64,000 nucleotides of DNA from Callorhinchus milii (lineage: Eukaryota). Location of the stretch: the NCBI RefSeq assembly GCF_018977255.1, contig NW_024704743.1, positions 93,312,001-93,376,000 of the forward strand. Direction: 5' to 3'. Below, piece after piece: positions 10,811 to 22,939 of the stretch. Below the pieces are notes generated by a model. That model searched no databases. It was not told where the DNA came from and saw nothing but the letters and a program-made list of their open reading frames with translations. Position 1 is the first letter of the stretch, and every line of letters starts with the position of its first letter. The translations under genes were made by a program, and so were the position numbers.

Positions 10811-11650
10811 CAAATGATAAGAAAACTGTCCATTTCTATCAATGTTTCACCATTACAGACACAATATTGAATGCAATAATTATTAAATGATGATATTTTC
10901 TTCTAATTTTGCCACAATGCATCTGTTGACAGCAGCAGTTAAGATCGGCAGGCAGATAATAGTTCAACAATGCTAGGGTAAGGTATGTACTACTCTGATG
11001 TGAGTACAGTATATAGAGTTACATTATATCCTTTGAGACGTCTCGATAACATAAGGCGCTTTTTCAAATGCAATGATTATGTAAGAATTATTAGAAAATA
11101 ATCTCACGGACTAACTGTAAAAAGATTAACATCAAAATAGTAATTGATTACACTAATTTACCTGCTATATGTATAGATAGACATGATTTCACAACACAGA
11201 AGACTATTGATCCATTATGAGCGTGCCAACTGTCTGACAGATCTATTCATTTAATCTCTAAATTTAATATCAGTGTGCCAAGTTTGGGAGAGAATATTTG
11301 TCCCCTGACTTTTCATTTTTTTCATTTAAAGATATTCCCTTTTAAAATATTATGGATTCTGCTTCAGTCATGTATATGCACTATTGCATTCACCCAAATC
11401 TAATGCATGTTTTTGTTCATTAAAAAGTTACCTCCAAGATCAGGATGAATCAGATGTCAGCTTGGCTCAGTCAGTAGCACTCTCACACTGCAGTCAGTGA
11501 TTGTTGTTTCAAGCTCCACATCACGATTTTATGATCACAGTTTAATCACCTAGCAGATATTTGACAGATACATAAGAATTAATAATAATAATAATACAAC
11601 AGAATTACAACACCCCATCTTCACTAGACAAGCAGGGATCACAAAAAAAA

Positions 11651-11818
11651 TCACAAGAGGTTTGAATGAAGAATCACTTCGGCCCATCTGATCTCATCCC
11701 TCCAGAACACCCACCCTCCCATCACAGCATCAAGCTGCATTTTAAATGAGTCCATTGTCCTGACCTCAACCACCTTTCTTGGTAATCGTTTCCAGTCATT
11801 AATTACCCTCTAGATAAA
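11651..11818 (-). mobile_element. CR1 3' end (TCTTGTGA-tail subfamily)
   Basis: Reverse-complement match to 52040-52225. Confidence 0.8.
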
Positions 11819-11862
11819 GATCTGCGCCATGACCTGCTCTGCCTTCCCCCACCTCCGCAACA

Positions 11863-12692
11863 TCACTGACCGACTGTCTGTTCGACAACAAGTCCTGGAC
11901 GAGGGACAACTTTCTCCAAGTGAACGTCAGCAAGACCGAGGTCCTCCTGATTGGCTCATGCCAGCGCATCCGCACTTCAGGCGCTGGCAACATCAGCCTC
12001 CACGGCTGCACACTCAGCCTCACTAAGCCAGTCAGGAACCTGGGTGTCCAGTTTGACCCTGAACTATCCTTTCTCCCCCACATCCGCCCCATGACCGGCA
12101 CTGCCTAACACCACCTCCACAGCATTGCCAGACACCGCCATTGCCTCACCCCTCATGCTGCCGAAACCCTTATCCATGCATTTGTCATATCAAGGCTCGA
12201 TAACGGAAACTCCCTCCTCATCGGCCTTCCCAACTCTTCGCTTCACAAGCTGCAGATCATCCAAAACTCTGGAGCTTGTGTATTCTCGTGCACTAGGCTC
12301 CGTGACCCCATCACTCCCACCCTCACCCGACTCCACTGGCTCCCCATTCCCCAGAGGATCAAGTTCAAAATCCTCATCCTCACTTTCAAGGCCATCCATG
12401 GCCTTGCCCCCTCCTACCCTCTCTGACCTGCTGACTCCCTACCAACCTGCCCACTCCCTCCGTTCAGCGGGCTCTGGTCTGCTCCATGTCTCTCGCCTGA
12501 CCCGCCCTACTATTGGTGTCTGGGATTTCAGCCTCTTTGCTCCCACACTCTGGAACTCCATCCCACGGTGCCTTCACCTCGCTTCCTCCCTTGCCTCCTT
12601 CAAAGCCCGACACCTGACTGTTTAGCACTTTGGGACATCCTCCCGACGTGAAAGGCACTCTATAAATGTAATTTTGTTGTTGTTCTTGTCAC
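11863..12692 (+). mobile_element. L2-B copy nested in L2, flanked by TCAC direct repeats
   Basis: NFLQVNVSKTEVLLIG...VRNLGVQFDPELSF through hairpin and (TTG)n; TCAC at 11863-11866 and 12689-12692. Confidence 0.85.
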
Positions 12693-13300
12693 CTGGTTCC
12701 GCCATTGTCTCACACCGCAGGCCACCGAAACCCTCATACATGCTTTCATTACATCGAGGCTCGACTATGCAAACTCATTGCTTGTCGGTCTTCCCAACTC
12801 CTCCCTCCACAGGCTGCAGATCATCCAGAACTCTGCAGCCCATGTCTTCTCCCGCACTAGGCTTCGCGATCCTATCACCCCCATCCTTGCCCAACTCCAC
12901 TGGTTTCCTATCACATAGAGGATATAGTTCAAGATCCTGGTCTTCATCTTCAAAGCCCTCCACGGTCTTGCTCCCCCCTACCTCTGTGACCTCCTAACCC
13001 CCTACCATCCTGCTCGCTCCCTCCGCTCAATGGGCTCTGGCCTGCCTCACGTCCCCCGCATCGCACACCCCACTAATGGCGAGCGGGCTTTCTGTCACTC
13101 TACACCCACCCTCTCGAACTCCATTCCACACTCCCTCTGCCTCACCCCCTCCCTTCCCAACTTCAAGACCCATCTCAAGACCCTCCTCTTCGACCGTGCT
13201 TTTGATCACCCTGCTTCCCTCCCCTGCCCTCCACACTTCCCGACCCCGACTCCCAGCTGAGGTCCGTAACTCTGTCTGTCCAGTGCCTTGGGACATCCTC

Positions 13301-13371
13301 AATAACAACAACAACAACAATATTGCATTTATAGAGTGCCTTTCACGTCAGGAGGATGTCCCAAGGCGCTG
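13301..13371 (-). mobile_element. About 70-bp L2 hairpin-plus-tail insertion, antisense
   Basis: (AAC)n...GCCTTTCACGTCAGGAGGATGTCCCAAGGCGCTG inside the host hairpin. Confidence 0.85.
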
Positions 13372-15044
13372 TGAAAGCGCTTTACAAATGTAATTTGTTG
13401 TTGTTGTTGGTTTTCTGGCTTTACTTTTTCAATCCCATTTAAAATGGTATAATCTGCTGTAGGATCCTCTCTGAATCATCTCCTTTCAATACAATCCGCA
13501 GGTGACAGTCACACCGTATAATGCCCATGAATCATGAACTGTAAGATACTCAGTCATGGCAGGAGGTGGGGGGGGTGGGGCGAGGAGGAGGGGGGGGGAG
13601 CTGAAGCTCATAATGGAAAAGCTCATTAACTGCACACACATAAAATGTGTTCAACATACGATCATGTGGAGAATTTTCCCTAAAGTGTAAGTGCAACAAA
13701 ATTGTTTTAAGGGCTGTATGCGGTGGGGTGGTGCTTGAAACCTCATCATTCATTGTTTAAGTACGGCACTGATGGCACTGAAAACCACTGTGCAAAGACA
13801 GATAACACTGCAATTTTCTGCTCAAGTGCAAATATGGTCTAATAACATGCAAGTGAACCGCAATTATAAATTCAAACCTCTGATTCTTCAATCAGCTCCC
13901 ATTTCAGAAGTCCTGAGGCAAAGATAAGATTGCTATATTCAGACCAAACAAGCACAACAGAGGCCATAAATAAAATGCCAATGTATTTTCATTGTTTCAA
14001 TTCTTGACATTGTCAAAATAAAATATTTTGATGATATATATTTGAAGAGAATAGAATACAACAGGAGTAGCCGAGGAGAACTAGGATCAATTAGCTCCAG
14101 TGGAGGAGCTAGAACCAGCAAAGGCTTCATAGCTCATATGATTTCCTTTTATACTATATTTTTAAGTTCTTAAAATTGTACCCTTATGGTACACATCCTT
14201 TTTCTGATTCTGGAATGGACTGTATTTGAGAGATGTATATTTATTATTTGCTGTGCAGTCAATAATTACCAGGACTTCAGAAAGCCAACTATCTCATGAT
14301 ATGTTTTGTTCCTGTTGCTTTGAGGTGTTTGAAAGAAGTCACGGCAATTTATCAATGCAATCAGTTCAGTTGTCACTTGTCTTACAACAAACTAACCAAG
14401 GCCTGTTATATCACACAGCCAGGGAGGGCAGCTGCCAGTTTTAAAGCTATTGGCCAGGCCTTGCTCAGTACAAAATCCATTTCTAATTCAACTATTGATT
14501 TCTGACAGAGGTCAGGAATTGGTTTCTTTGTCATTCCAAAGCTCAGCAAAAATTGACTGCTGGTTAGCCTAAGAATACATAATAAAGGGTGCATGCACTG
14601 ACAAACTATACTTACACCACAGCACAAGTTTAAAATAATCCAAAGTGACCATTGTTGTTGATCAACCTTCAAATAAAATTTTAAACTTCTTATTTATTCC
14701 TGCTTATTAAATCTTATTATTTTGACCACATGATCTCCCCTGTGGGATATGACAAGAGGGGAAACATAATGGAGAGCGGGGCATTACTCTTTCCTTTCAC
14801 ATACATCACCGAGGTGGGAGCGGGGGAAATTATCGTACTATGTCTGCCTTCTGTAGCTAGTTGATTGCTGTGGCTGAATATGAACACTGGTCTACTCCAT
14901 TTGTTAAGTTTCCAGAATTTGTCTGATTGCTCACAAATAATTGTAATTTATGCTACAAAATGCAATATAAATGTAATAACAAATTGTACATTTAAAATGT
15001 ACACAGGACTAAATTGATTGAAATCACTGAACAGAGAAGAATAG

Positions 15045-15210
15045 TACAACAATTTAAATCTTATATCTATGCTTTTTATGTAGGAAATATCTCAAATCAG
15101 GAGTCCAGGCAGATTGGAGGATAGAGGGAGGTGGTTAAAGATAAAGACACAGTCAAAGAGATGGGTTTTGAAAAGCGGGAGGGAGGGAGTGAGGGAGTTA
15201 GGTAGGTTTA
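15045..15210 (-). mobile_element. Old L2 3' end
   Basis: Decayed tail plus CACAGTCAAAGAGATGGGTTTTGA, as in other L2 3' ends. Confidence 0.55.
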
Positions 15211-15639
15211 TAAGCTATTGCTGATATGGCCTTTTGTGAATGTAATTCATATCTACTCTTAACTAAAGTAAAGTAATCACGCAATGCTTTGTAATTTTAC
15301 CTCATATATAACAGTATGTGCCAGATAACAGGAAATAAGTGAATTTAGTATAAAAAGTAAGATAAAATATCACTGAACTATTCATCATTTATGATTTTAG
15401 TGGAATTCAATTGGTATAAATCATCTGATGAAATGCAAAATGTCTAATCAAGAGCAACTGATGTCTTGCTACCGAGATGACTGAATCCAGAACAGCTTTA
15501 TCACTCAATGCTGCAAAAGGATGGCATTACTTCATATGATATATGATAAGGAGGGTTTTGTGATATTTATTTTATCGTGTCATGTCTCCTAATCATGGTC
15601 AGTGAGCTCAGCCCTGAAATACCTTAGATTTGCTCATCT

Positions 15640-16440
15640 AAAGTTGTATAGTGAAGTTTGGCAGCTTGAATTGAGCTATTGTCACGATACCCCATTGGTT
15701 CAAATATAGTGTCCAGGTCACTGACTGGAGCTAAACAAAGGAGATGAGTACTGTTTCTTGTGGGCTCCCTGACATACTGAGTCAGGAAGGAATCATGCAC
15801 TATATTGATAAGCTCAGCATCCTTTCCATCTTGACAGTCACAATTTATAGAGTTGGTGAAATCCCAGAACAACATTTCTTTTTTGCGCACATGCTTACCA
15901 ATGTTATGACATGACAGGTCATTTTTATGGTTTTTGCCTGGTGTTCTGCAGTAAACCCCAAATGTTGTTCTGGTCTGTTGGTTATTCAGCAGATTTACTC
16001 AAAGACTTTCATACCATGGCTGATCCTGCAATATTAGATCAACTACCTTAAATTTTACATGTATATAGATTACATGTATATATTCCGATCCCTCCTAACT
16101 TTCCTAAATAATCTCTACCCTTGCAAGCTGTATTCACTTCCATCATTCGGGTTTAGCCATTGTGATTCCTACCATGTTGTAATTATTAATTCAAACCACA
16201 CTTTTAATTCTACCATTTTATTTCAAACATTTCTGGCATTTTTATATATGCAAAACCAAATTTACCATTGCTCCGTAACCTTCCAGTCTGTTCGCCTGTT
16301 TTTTGGTGTGTTTCTTTTGAGGGAGGGGCTTTCTCAGATCTCTTTGCTAGAATGTAGATAGTTTCTTTTATTTTGGTCCAATTCTGCGTTTTACTTTGGT
16401 CTATTAAGCAGCGTGTCCTTAGAGTTGAGCTGGCTACAAG
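15640..16440 (-). mobile_element. Decayed CR1 5' ORF2 (APE endonuclease region)
   Basis: ORF 15624-15890 WDFT...SFLTQYVREPTRN...EPMGYRD matches the CR1 GDFN...FLxQxVxEPTR...EPLGxSDH pattern; far boundary uncertain. Confidence 0.7.
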
Positions 16441-16554
16441 GTGACATGTTTGCAATCAAATATTGGAATCAAATTGAACTTCTTTAACAGTCCGGTAATC
16501 CGGTTCCTGAACCAGGTGGGTCCGCAGTACTGTAAGGCACTGCTGATAACAATC

Positions 16555-16940
16555 CTGCCAGCCTGGCTCAATGGAGAGGCAGACTCAGGGAAAGGAGATT
16601 TTCACTCAGCTCTTGTTAACCTAGAAAGTCAAAGCCCGAATGGGAAGGGTCGTCCTGACTAGAAAAGCAGTGGGAAGTTTAACAGACAGTGCTCACTATT
16701 ACTTAAATTCCAGCAGTTCTGCATCACACAGCCTGAGGTCCCCCAAGCCTTGCTCTCACCTGTGTCTAAAACTTTCCCGAATTAGGTAAGCAGGTTGCTT
16801 GGCTGTATGGAGAGTGCATCCATTCCAGACATAGCAACATTTCCATGTGTAGATAGCACACATATATGGAAGTCTCAATCTGGTTTGAATACTTTTAAGC
16901 ATAGTGATGGGTTTCCACTTGTCAAACTCCCAGACAACCA
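16555..16940. repeat. Unclassified interspersed repeat, copy 1
   Basis: Shares CTCAGCTCTTGTTAACC, CCCCAAGCCTTG and ACTTTTAAGCAT blocks with 38065, 49410 (reversed) and 57915 (reversed). Confidence 0.8.
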
Positions 16941-17349
16941 ATTGTTTTCCCCTTTATCCTGAACTTTAATCTTTCTACGATATAATCATCGATAGGCCTG
17001 AATTCATTCTGATTTGTTAAAGTGTGCCTCTTCCCTCTCCAAAGTAAAATTAAAGGATGACTGGCAAATTCAGATGAATGTGGATAGATTAAAGTATTGC
17101 AGTATACTTACAGTACAAATAGGAGATACATATCCTCGAAGCCTTGAGCAGATATCAAACACTGAATTGACTACAGAAACTTGACTCAGTACTGCTCTCA
17201 CTTCACCAGATTAGTCACCTCAGAACCAATTTGACCCAGAGAGACCTTACCTATACTCTTCCCCTACCCACTCCACCCACACTTCCCCTGGAGAATAACT
17301 TTATTAGTTTGCATTGAAATGAAGACAGAATAGCTTGTGAACCCACGAC

Positions 17350-17815
17350 AATGACATTGGCAAAGTTAAAGTCACAATACAAAAAACAGAATTAAATTCA
17401 GGAAAGTTCAAAGAGTGCAAGGAAACATGAATTAAATAGTGTGAAGACCTTGAGAACATCCATGTGGCACACAGCACCAGGGAACTACCATTAAAGTTAA
17501 GGATATCACCGGAGACATAAAGCCTTCCAAGTGATTGATACTCTTAATGGACAAGAATGACAAGCAATTTACAATGGGAATAGATGTATTTTCTATTACC
17601 ACAAACACTGCAGTGAACTGTTTAAGCATAAACTGAGGAGGAAGAATTAGCTTGCAGTGACTCAGAGAGATAATCAGACACTAATGGCACAAAACTGGAC
17701 AGCAATTAAAGAAGTAGGTCAGAGAAACATTTGCCAAACTCAAATCACTTGTTACAAATGACCTCAATGGTCAGTCAAAAGACAAGATTTGTCAACGGAT
17801 ATGGAGAGCCAAAGT
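17350..17815 (+). pseudogene. Highly decayed RTE-clade LINE RT fragment
   Basis: RETFAKLKSLVTN then, frameshifted, KTRFVNGY; resembles the RTE AxxAFxKLxxLL...KxRFVKCY region. Confidence 0.4.
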
Positions 17816-18121
17816 TCTCCCTAACATCTAAAATTCTATAGTTAGCATCACTGTAGTGTGCTTAAAACAAGATATCCAAACAAGTTGATCATAGCACAAT
17901 AAATTCCACTGTACAAGCAAACCATTCCAAGAGGTTATTCGCAGCTTACTGGAGCTATATAATGAAAAATTGGCTGAAAAGCAGGTTCTAGCTGATTCCT
18001 CACAGAGACTTTTCTGTTCATTCATCAACTACAAGTGAATTTTACATCACTATAAATTTTGTCATTAAATTCATCTGTATCCTCAAGAATAATAACTGAG
18101 CTGGGAACGTGGTGAAGATCA

Positions 18122-18185
18122 ATCATAGAATCATAGAATTATACAGCACAGAAGGAGGCCATTCGACCCATCCTGTCTGTGCCAA
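18122..18185 (-). mobile_element. CR1 3' tail (TTCTATGA repeats)
   Basis: ATCATAGAATCATAGAA...GAAGGAGGCCATTCG. Confidence 0.85.
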
Positions 18186-19242
18186 TGAAGGATAAAAAGC
18201 TTGATTCAGATTATTACTATAGTTGCAATATTGCTCTTATCATCTGATCATTTTAAGATGCTCCTAAAAGTTAAGACAACAACAGAGAGCATCATTAACA
18301 AGTTCTGATTTTCTGAAGATACTCTGTTGATCTTGAATCACAATAAGGCAAGGATATACTTTATTGTCATAAACATCATGATATGCTTGTTTTATTCTGA
18401 AACATCTTTTCAAGCTTGTTTTATTCTGAAACATCTTCTCAAGATAGAAACATAGAATTTGCAACACAACAGGCCTTTATTTGTATTGAGCCAATGTTGG
18501 TAACTACTCAAATCACCAATTCCCTGTTCCCTTCTCATATCCTTTTATGCTGTTCTTCACAGTCATAACAGCTTCAAACCTGATGCCAATAATAACCCCA
18601 GTATTGACTGTTTCTGATCTCAATTTCAGTTGGTGTAATTATCACCATGTGATAATATTGCTTATCCAATAATTATTTCAGATGTTAACATGGTGCTGCA
18701 TTCATTAGCTATTCACTTCCCCACATGAAGGGCGCTATACAAATACAAGCATAAAAAGACAAATAGAATTTCTCATTGGTTGAATGTTTAAGACCCTGTG
18801 ATACCCCCTTAATCTTTTCTGCAGTAAAAAACTATTTTTTTTTATCCTTGTTAACCTACACTGCCATTTTGGATTTTAGTGCAAGTTTTTGTTGTAACAA
18901 CCCAGTTATGAATAAGTGATATTGAACTCTCACCCCATCCAATTCTACTGTTAACTATTCTAGGATTAGATTTGCTTATCTAATCCCCACCCTAATCTCA
19001 ATCAAAATCCATATTTATATTCAATGTTCTCAATATAAAATCCAAAATGTAATGTGATATGGGTGTTTTCATGAAAAATCTAAAACACCAACACTGAATA
19101 AAATAAATCTGCACACTTCCTTTCTTGCCATACTCTTCATTCTTAAAAATGTCCAATCAACTTATTAAGAATGGGACAAACTAAACATATTTAAGGTAAT
19201 TACCAAAAATACAAAGTGAACGGATAGGAGATTTTGCATACC

Positions 19243-20255
19243 AAACAAACAAAAATTACATTTGTATAGCACCTTTCACATCGGGAGGACGTCCCAAGAT
19301 GCTGGACAATCAATGTTTCAGATCTGAGCTGGGGGTCGGGGAGGGTGGAGACCAGATGAGGGAAGGAGGGTGGCCGAAGGCACGGTCAAAAAGGAGGGTC
19401 TTGAGACAGGTCTTGAAGGAGACGAGGGAGCGGGCGAGGTGCAGGAACTGCAGGAAGTAGTTCCAGAGGTTGTGGGCCGAGTAGCTGAAGGCTTGCCCGC
19501 CAATGGTGGGGCGGGTGAGGCAGGGGACGTGAAGTAGGCCGGAGCCTGCTGAGCGGAGAGAGCTGGCAGGTTGGCTGGCAGATTGGTAGGGGGTCAGGAG
19601 GTCGCAGAGTTAGGGGGGAGCAAGGCCATGGAGGGCTTTGAAAGCGAGGACCAGGATCTTGAACTGTATCCTCTGTGTGATGGGAAGCCAGTGGAGTCAG
19701 GCAAGGATGGGGGTGATAGGATCGTGGATCCTGGTGCGGGAGAGAACAAGGGCTGCAGAGTCCTGGAGGAACTGCAGCCTATGGAGGGAGGAGTTGGGGA
19801 GGCCGACAAGCAGGGCGTTGGCTTAGTCGAGCCTGGATGTAATGAAGGCCTATATGAGGGCTTCAGCAGCCTGAGGGGTGAAGCAGTGGCGGAGTCAGGT
19901 GATGTTGCGTAGGTGGGGGAAGTCAGAGCATGGATGTGGGAGAGAAAGGACATTGAAGGTTGAACAAGACACCTAGGTTCCTAACTAGCATGGTGAGGTG
20001 GAGTGTGCATCTGTGGATGGTGATGCTGCCAGTGTCTGAGGTGCAGAGGCGCTGGCATAAGCCAATCAGAGGAGCCTTGGACTTGCTGACGTACAACTGT
20101 AGAAAGTTAGCTCCCATCCAGGACTTGATGTCTCACAGGCAGTCTGTGATGACAACAGTGGTCCTGGAATCGAGGGTGGAGGCAGAGAGAGAGAGTTCGG
20201 TGTCATCCACATTCATGTGGAAATTGACCTCATTTCTGCTGCTGATGTTTACCAG
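19243..20255 (-). mobile_element. L2-B 3' kilobase, from the RT catalytic region to the tail
   Basis: Degenerate YADD (HMNVDDT), ANFLQL, VRNLGV, hairpin with CTCCC loop. Confidence 0.92.
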
Positions 20256-21892
20256 GTTTATTCAACACCAAATGCTTAATCCAGGTCCTCAATTGAGGGG
20301 CTTTGGTAAAGAGACATGAAGCCCTCCTCTCCTGCTAACTACAAATCCATCTTACTGCTCGTTCCTGGCCTTCACAAGTAGGATGAAAGAAACCATTGAG
20401 AATTTGAAGAGCTTAGTGAATTTGTTTCTATTATATTTCAAATAATAAAAATGTTTACAAATATTGGTGTAGAATTTACATTCCAAGTGTTATCGGATGG
20501 CTCAGAGGTGAAATTCGTCAAGGGGCCCAGTGGAGTTGAATTTCTGGCTATCAGTTTGCAGCCTTTGACTACTGTTAAATAAAAACTACCACAAAACACA
20601 CAGTCACGTCACTTTACAATATATACCGTGAGGTGCTTTCGGATGTCCTCTTTATGTGAAAGGTGCATACCTAATGTAAGGATTGTGAGTTAGTAGGATA
20701 AGGGCCCTTTCAGCATTTTGCTTATCAAAAAGCAGGTCCCTCCAACCATCGGTCAAAACCACCATCTGCCACACAGAAGACGTATATTCTTAGAATTCAA
20801 CATTGAAAATGTCATTATGGAATTTGCCTCCCATCCATTCAAGGTAATAAATATAATTTCTGTAAATATAATAACAATCAGTACATTTGATACCGCGTAT
20901 ATGTCAAAATGACTCAAAGCGCTTTACAGATAATTGTTGTAAAGTGAAGTGCATTTATATACAAACTGTCCCATCAAATAACAATTATTGGGGAAATATT
21001 CCACCTGGAGCTAGATGTACTATTATTTTTTTAAAACATTTCAGAGCATCCAGAATTTGACAAATTCTTCAATTTAGTCTTAATTTTGAAGTTGGTTTTC
21101 GGTATTTCTTAATTTTTTTTCAAAATTAAGGCTTCAGTAATAATCCTTAATTTGATATAGCACTTTTCACTTTGGAAGAATGTCTCAACGTGCTCTACAG
21201 TATATACTAAAATGACTTCTGGGCAAATGTGACAGTCAATTTGCAAGGATATCATACCAGGATATGCAGAAACCTGGTGTTTGATTTTAAACATCCCTTT
21301 TAAAACACAATTTGTTCCAAAAAGGACTATCAACAACTTTAGATTATTCTTCCTGTTTGTGCCTTTTCCATCTCTGTTAATGCTGGAATATCGTTGGTGA
21401 ATTTTGATATCATAATCAGGTAATTGGCTTGAAGGAATTATACAGTATAACAGTATGAGGGATCTCAATTAGCATAAATGCAGTTTGTAATGACAAGATC
21501 AATAAAACATCATGGGCTAATGACTGTATCTGCTGCTGTTAATTCAGTTCTCTCTTTTTCTCAGACTAACTACCTACATCCTGAACTCCTCCCAACTAGT
21601 TCTCCCAACGATATCAACAGCGCTCACTGCTGGACAAAACTATTTGGGAAGCAGCAAGGAATTACATGAAAATAAATCATTTAAAAGCAGCTCTCATAGC
21701 AAAACATCTTCTTGAAAAGTTACAGAAAAGTATAAAGAGGAGCTCCCCAATGGTTCAGCTGTATGGAAAGATCAGTAAGATGGGAGGTTCAGCACCGTAT
21801 TGGATCTGAGTTAGCTGATCATTAGTCAAGGTGATAGATGAAGGTGCTATGATTTAGCATCAATAATGCATGTAGGCTAGAGGGGGAAAATA

Positions 21893-22238
21893 TAATGATA
21901 ATACTTACATCTGGTATAGCACAAGTCATATCAGAAAGATGTACCAAAGCGCTTCACAGGTTATAGTGAAGACTGTGCATTTTGTAGGCAAATCCAGTCA
22001 ATTTGTGCATAGCAATGTCCCACAAACAGCTGTGAAGTGAATGTCCAATTTTATCTGGGGGTGTTGTTGGTCAGAACAATGATTGAAACTCTCTTGCCTT
22101 TTCAAATAGTGCCATGGGGTAATTAACACCCACTCGGACAGGCAGAGGAGACCCCGGTTTAACATCTCATCCAAAGAACAGCACCTCTGACAATGCAGCA
22201 CACCCCCTGCACTACATTGGAGTGACAGCATAGACTAT
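21893..22238 (-). mobile_element. SacSINE1-like DeuSINE
   Basis: Tail, Deu core, AATAGTGCCATGGG, CGGTTTAACATCTCATCC. Confidence 0.85.
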
Positions 22239-22239
22239 T

Positions 22240-22382
22240 CCCCTCTCCTTCATGCAAAGATCTAGATTCCTCTAGAAAGCATCTATACTATCTGATTCAA
22301 CCACTGCTTCAGGCAGTAAGTTCCATAGTTTCACTATCCTCTGCATGAAGCAGTTCCTCCTAAATCCTCTTTTAGTTTCCCT
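22240..22382 (-). mobile_element. CR1 3' fragment
   Basis: TCAGGCAGTAAGTTCCATAGTTTCACTATCCTCTGCATGAAG (reverse RIVKLWNLLPE). Confidence 0.75.
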
Positions 22383-22939
22383 AGTCACTTGGATGAAGTA
22401 CAGGGGTTATAAGAAGCTGTGGAGCATATCCCAGCAGGAGTCATTCAATGCCTTCAGGAGGAGAGAACGGTTAAAAAAATCTATGCTTGTATGCATCACA
22501 AGCTGTGCCCCATTGGCGGTCTGTGGATCATAACCATATATGCAGTGGCAACATTTAACCAGGGCTGGAAATGATCAGTCAGGTCAGGGATATTTTAATT
22601 TCAGATCTCTCATTTCTATTTACAGACTTCTCTGTAGTACTTTATTAATAAATAATAGAGATACCAGTCTAGAGGCTTTGGGAGAAAACCTTTGCTTCTT
22701 CAAGGCTGCAAAAAATTTAAAGGGCATTTTTCAACTTAACCATCTTTCATGGTGACACATTTAAAGCCCCTGTTCCTTTGCTCTCCAGCCCTGGTTATGT
22801 GATATTTAAAACTCGCTTCCACAATGATCAAAAGCTTCTCTTGCTGCATAATGCAAAATAAATTTTGGATCAGTGATACGAGGGTCTCTCATGCATGGAT
22901 TGCTAAAATAGCTTGTTTGCAATGTTGTAACCAAGTAAT

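Larger units (their letters stand above)
11821..13408 (+). mobile_element. Host L2-B 3' fragment split by two younger L2 insertions
   Basis: 11821-11866 joins 12689 onward, as in the uninterrupted copy at 1680-1760; its tail resumes at about 13371. Confidence 0.9.
21740..22480 (+). mobile_element. MER131-like repeat split by a SINE and a CR1 fragment
   Basis: 5' part CTGAGTTAGCTGATC...GGCTAGAGGGGGAAAA (to 21890); 3' part GTCACTTGGATGAAGTAC...GCCTTCAGGAGGAG (22383-22480). Confidence 0.6.

Noticed and set aside
13561..13600. G-quadruplex-forming tract
   Set aside because: Low-complexity G run with no promoter or CpG-island context.
15425..15445. Further hammerhead cores at other CTGATGA sites (also about 50884, 52390)
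   Set aside because: No stem II followed by GAAA.
20505..20546. 18S rRNA-like AGAGGTGAAATTC
   Set aside because: Only 13 nt match; GAAATTC pairs with a nearby GAATTTC, which fits a small inverted-repeat relic better.
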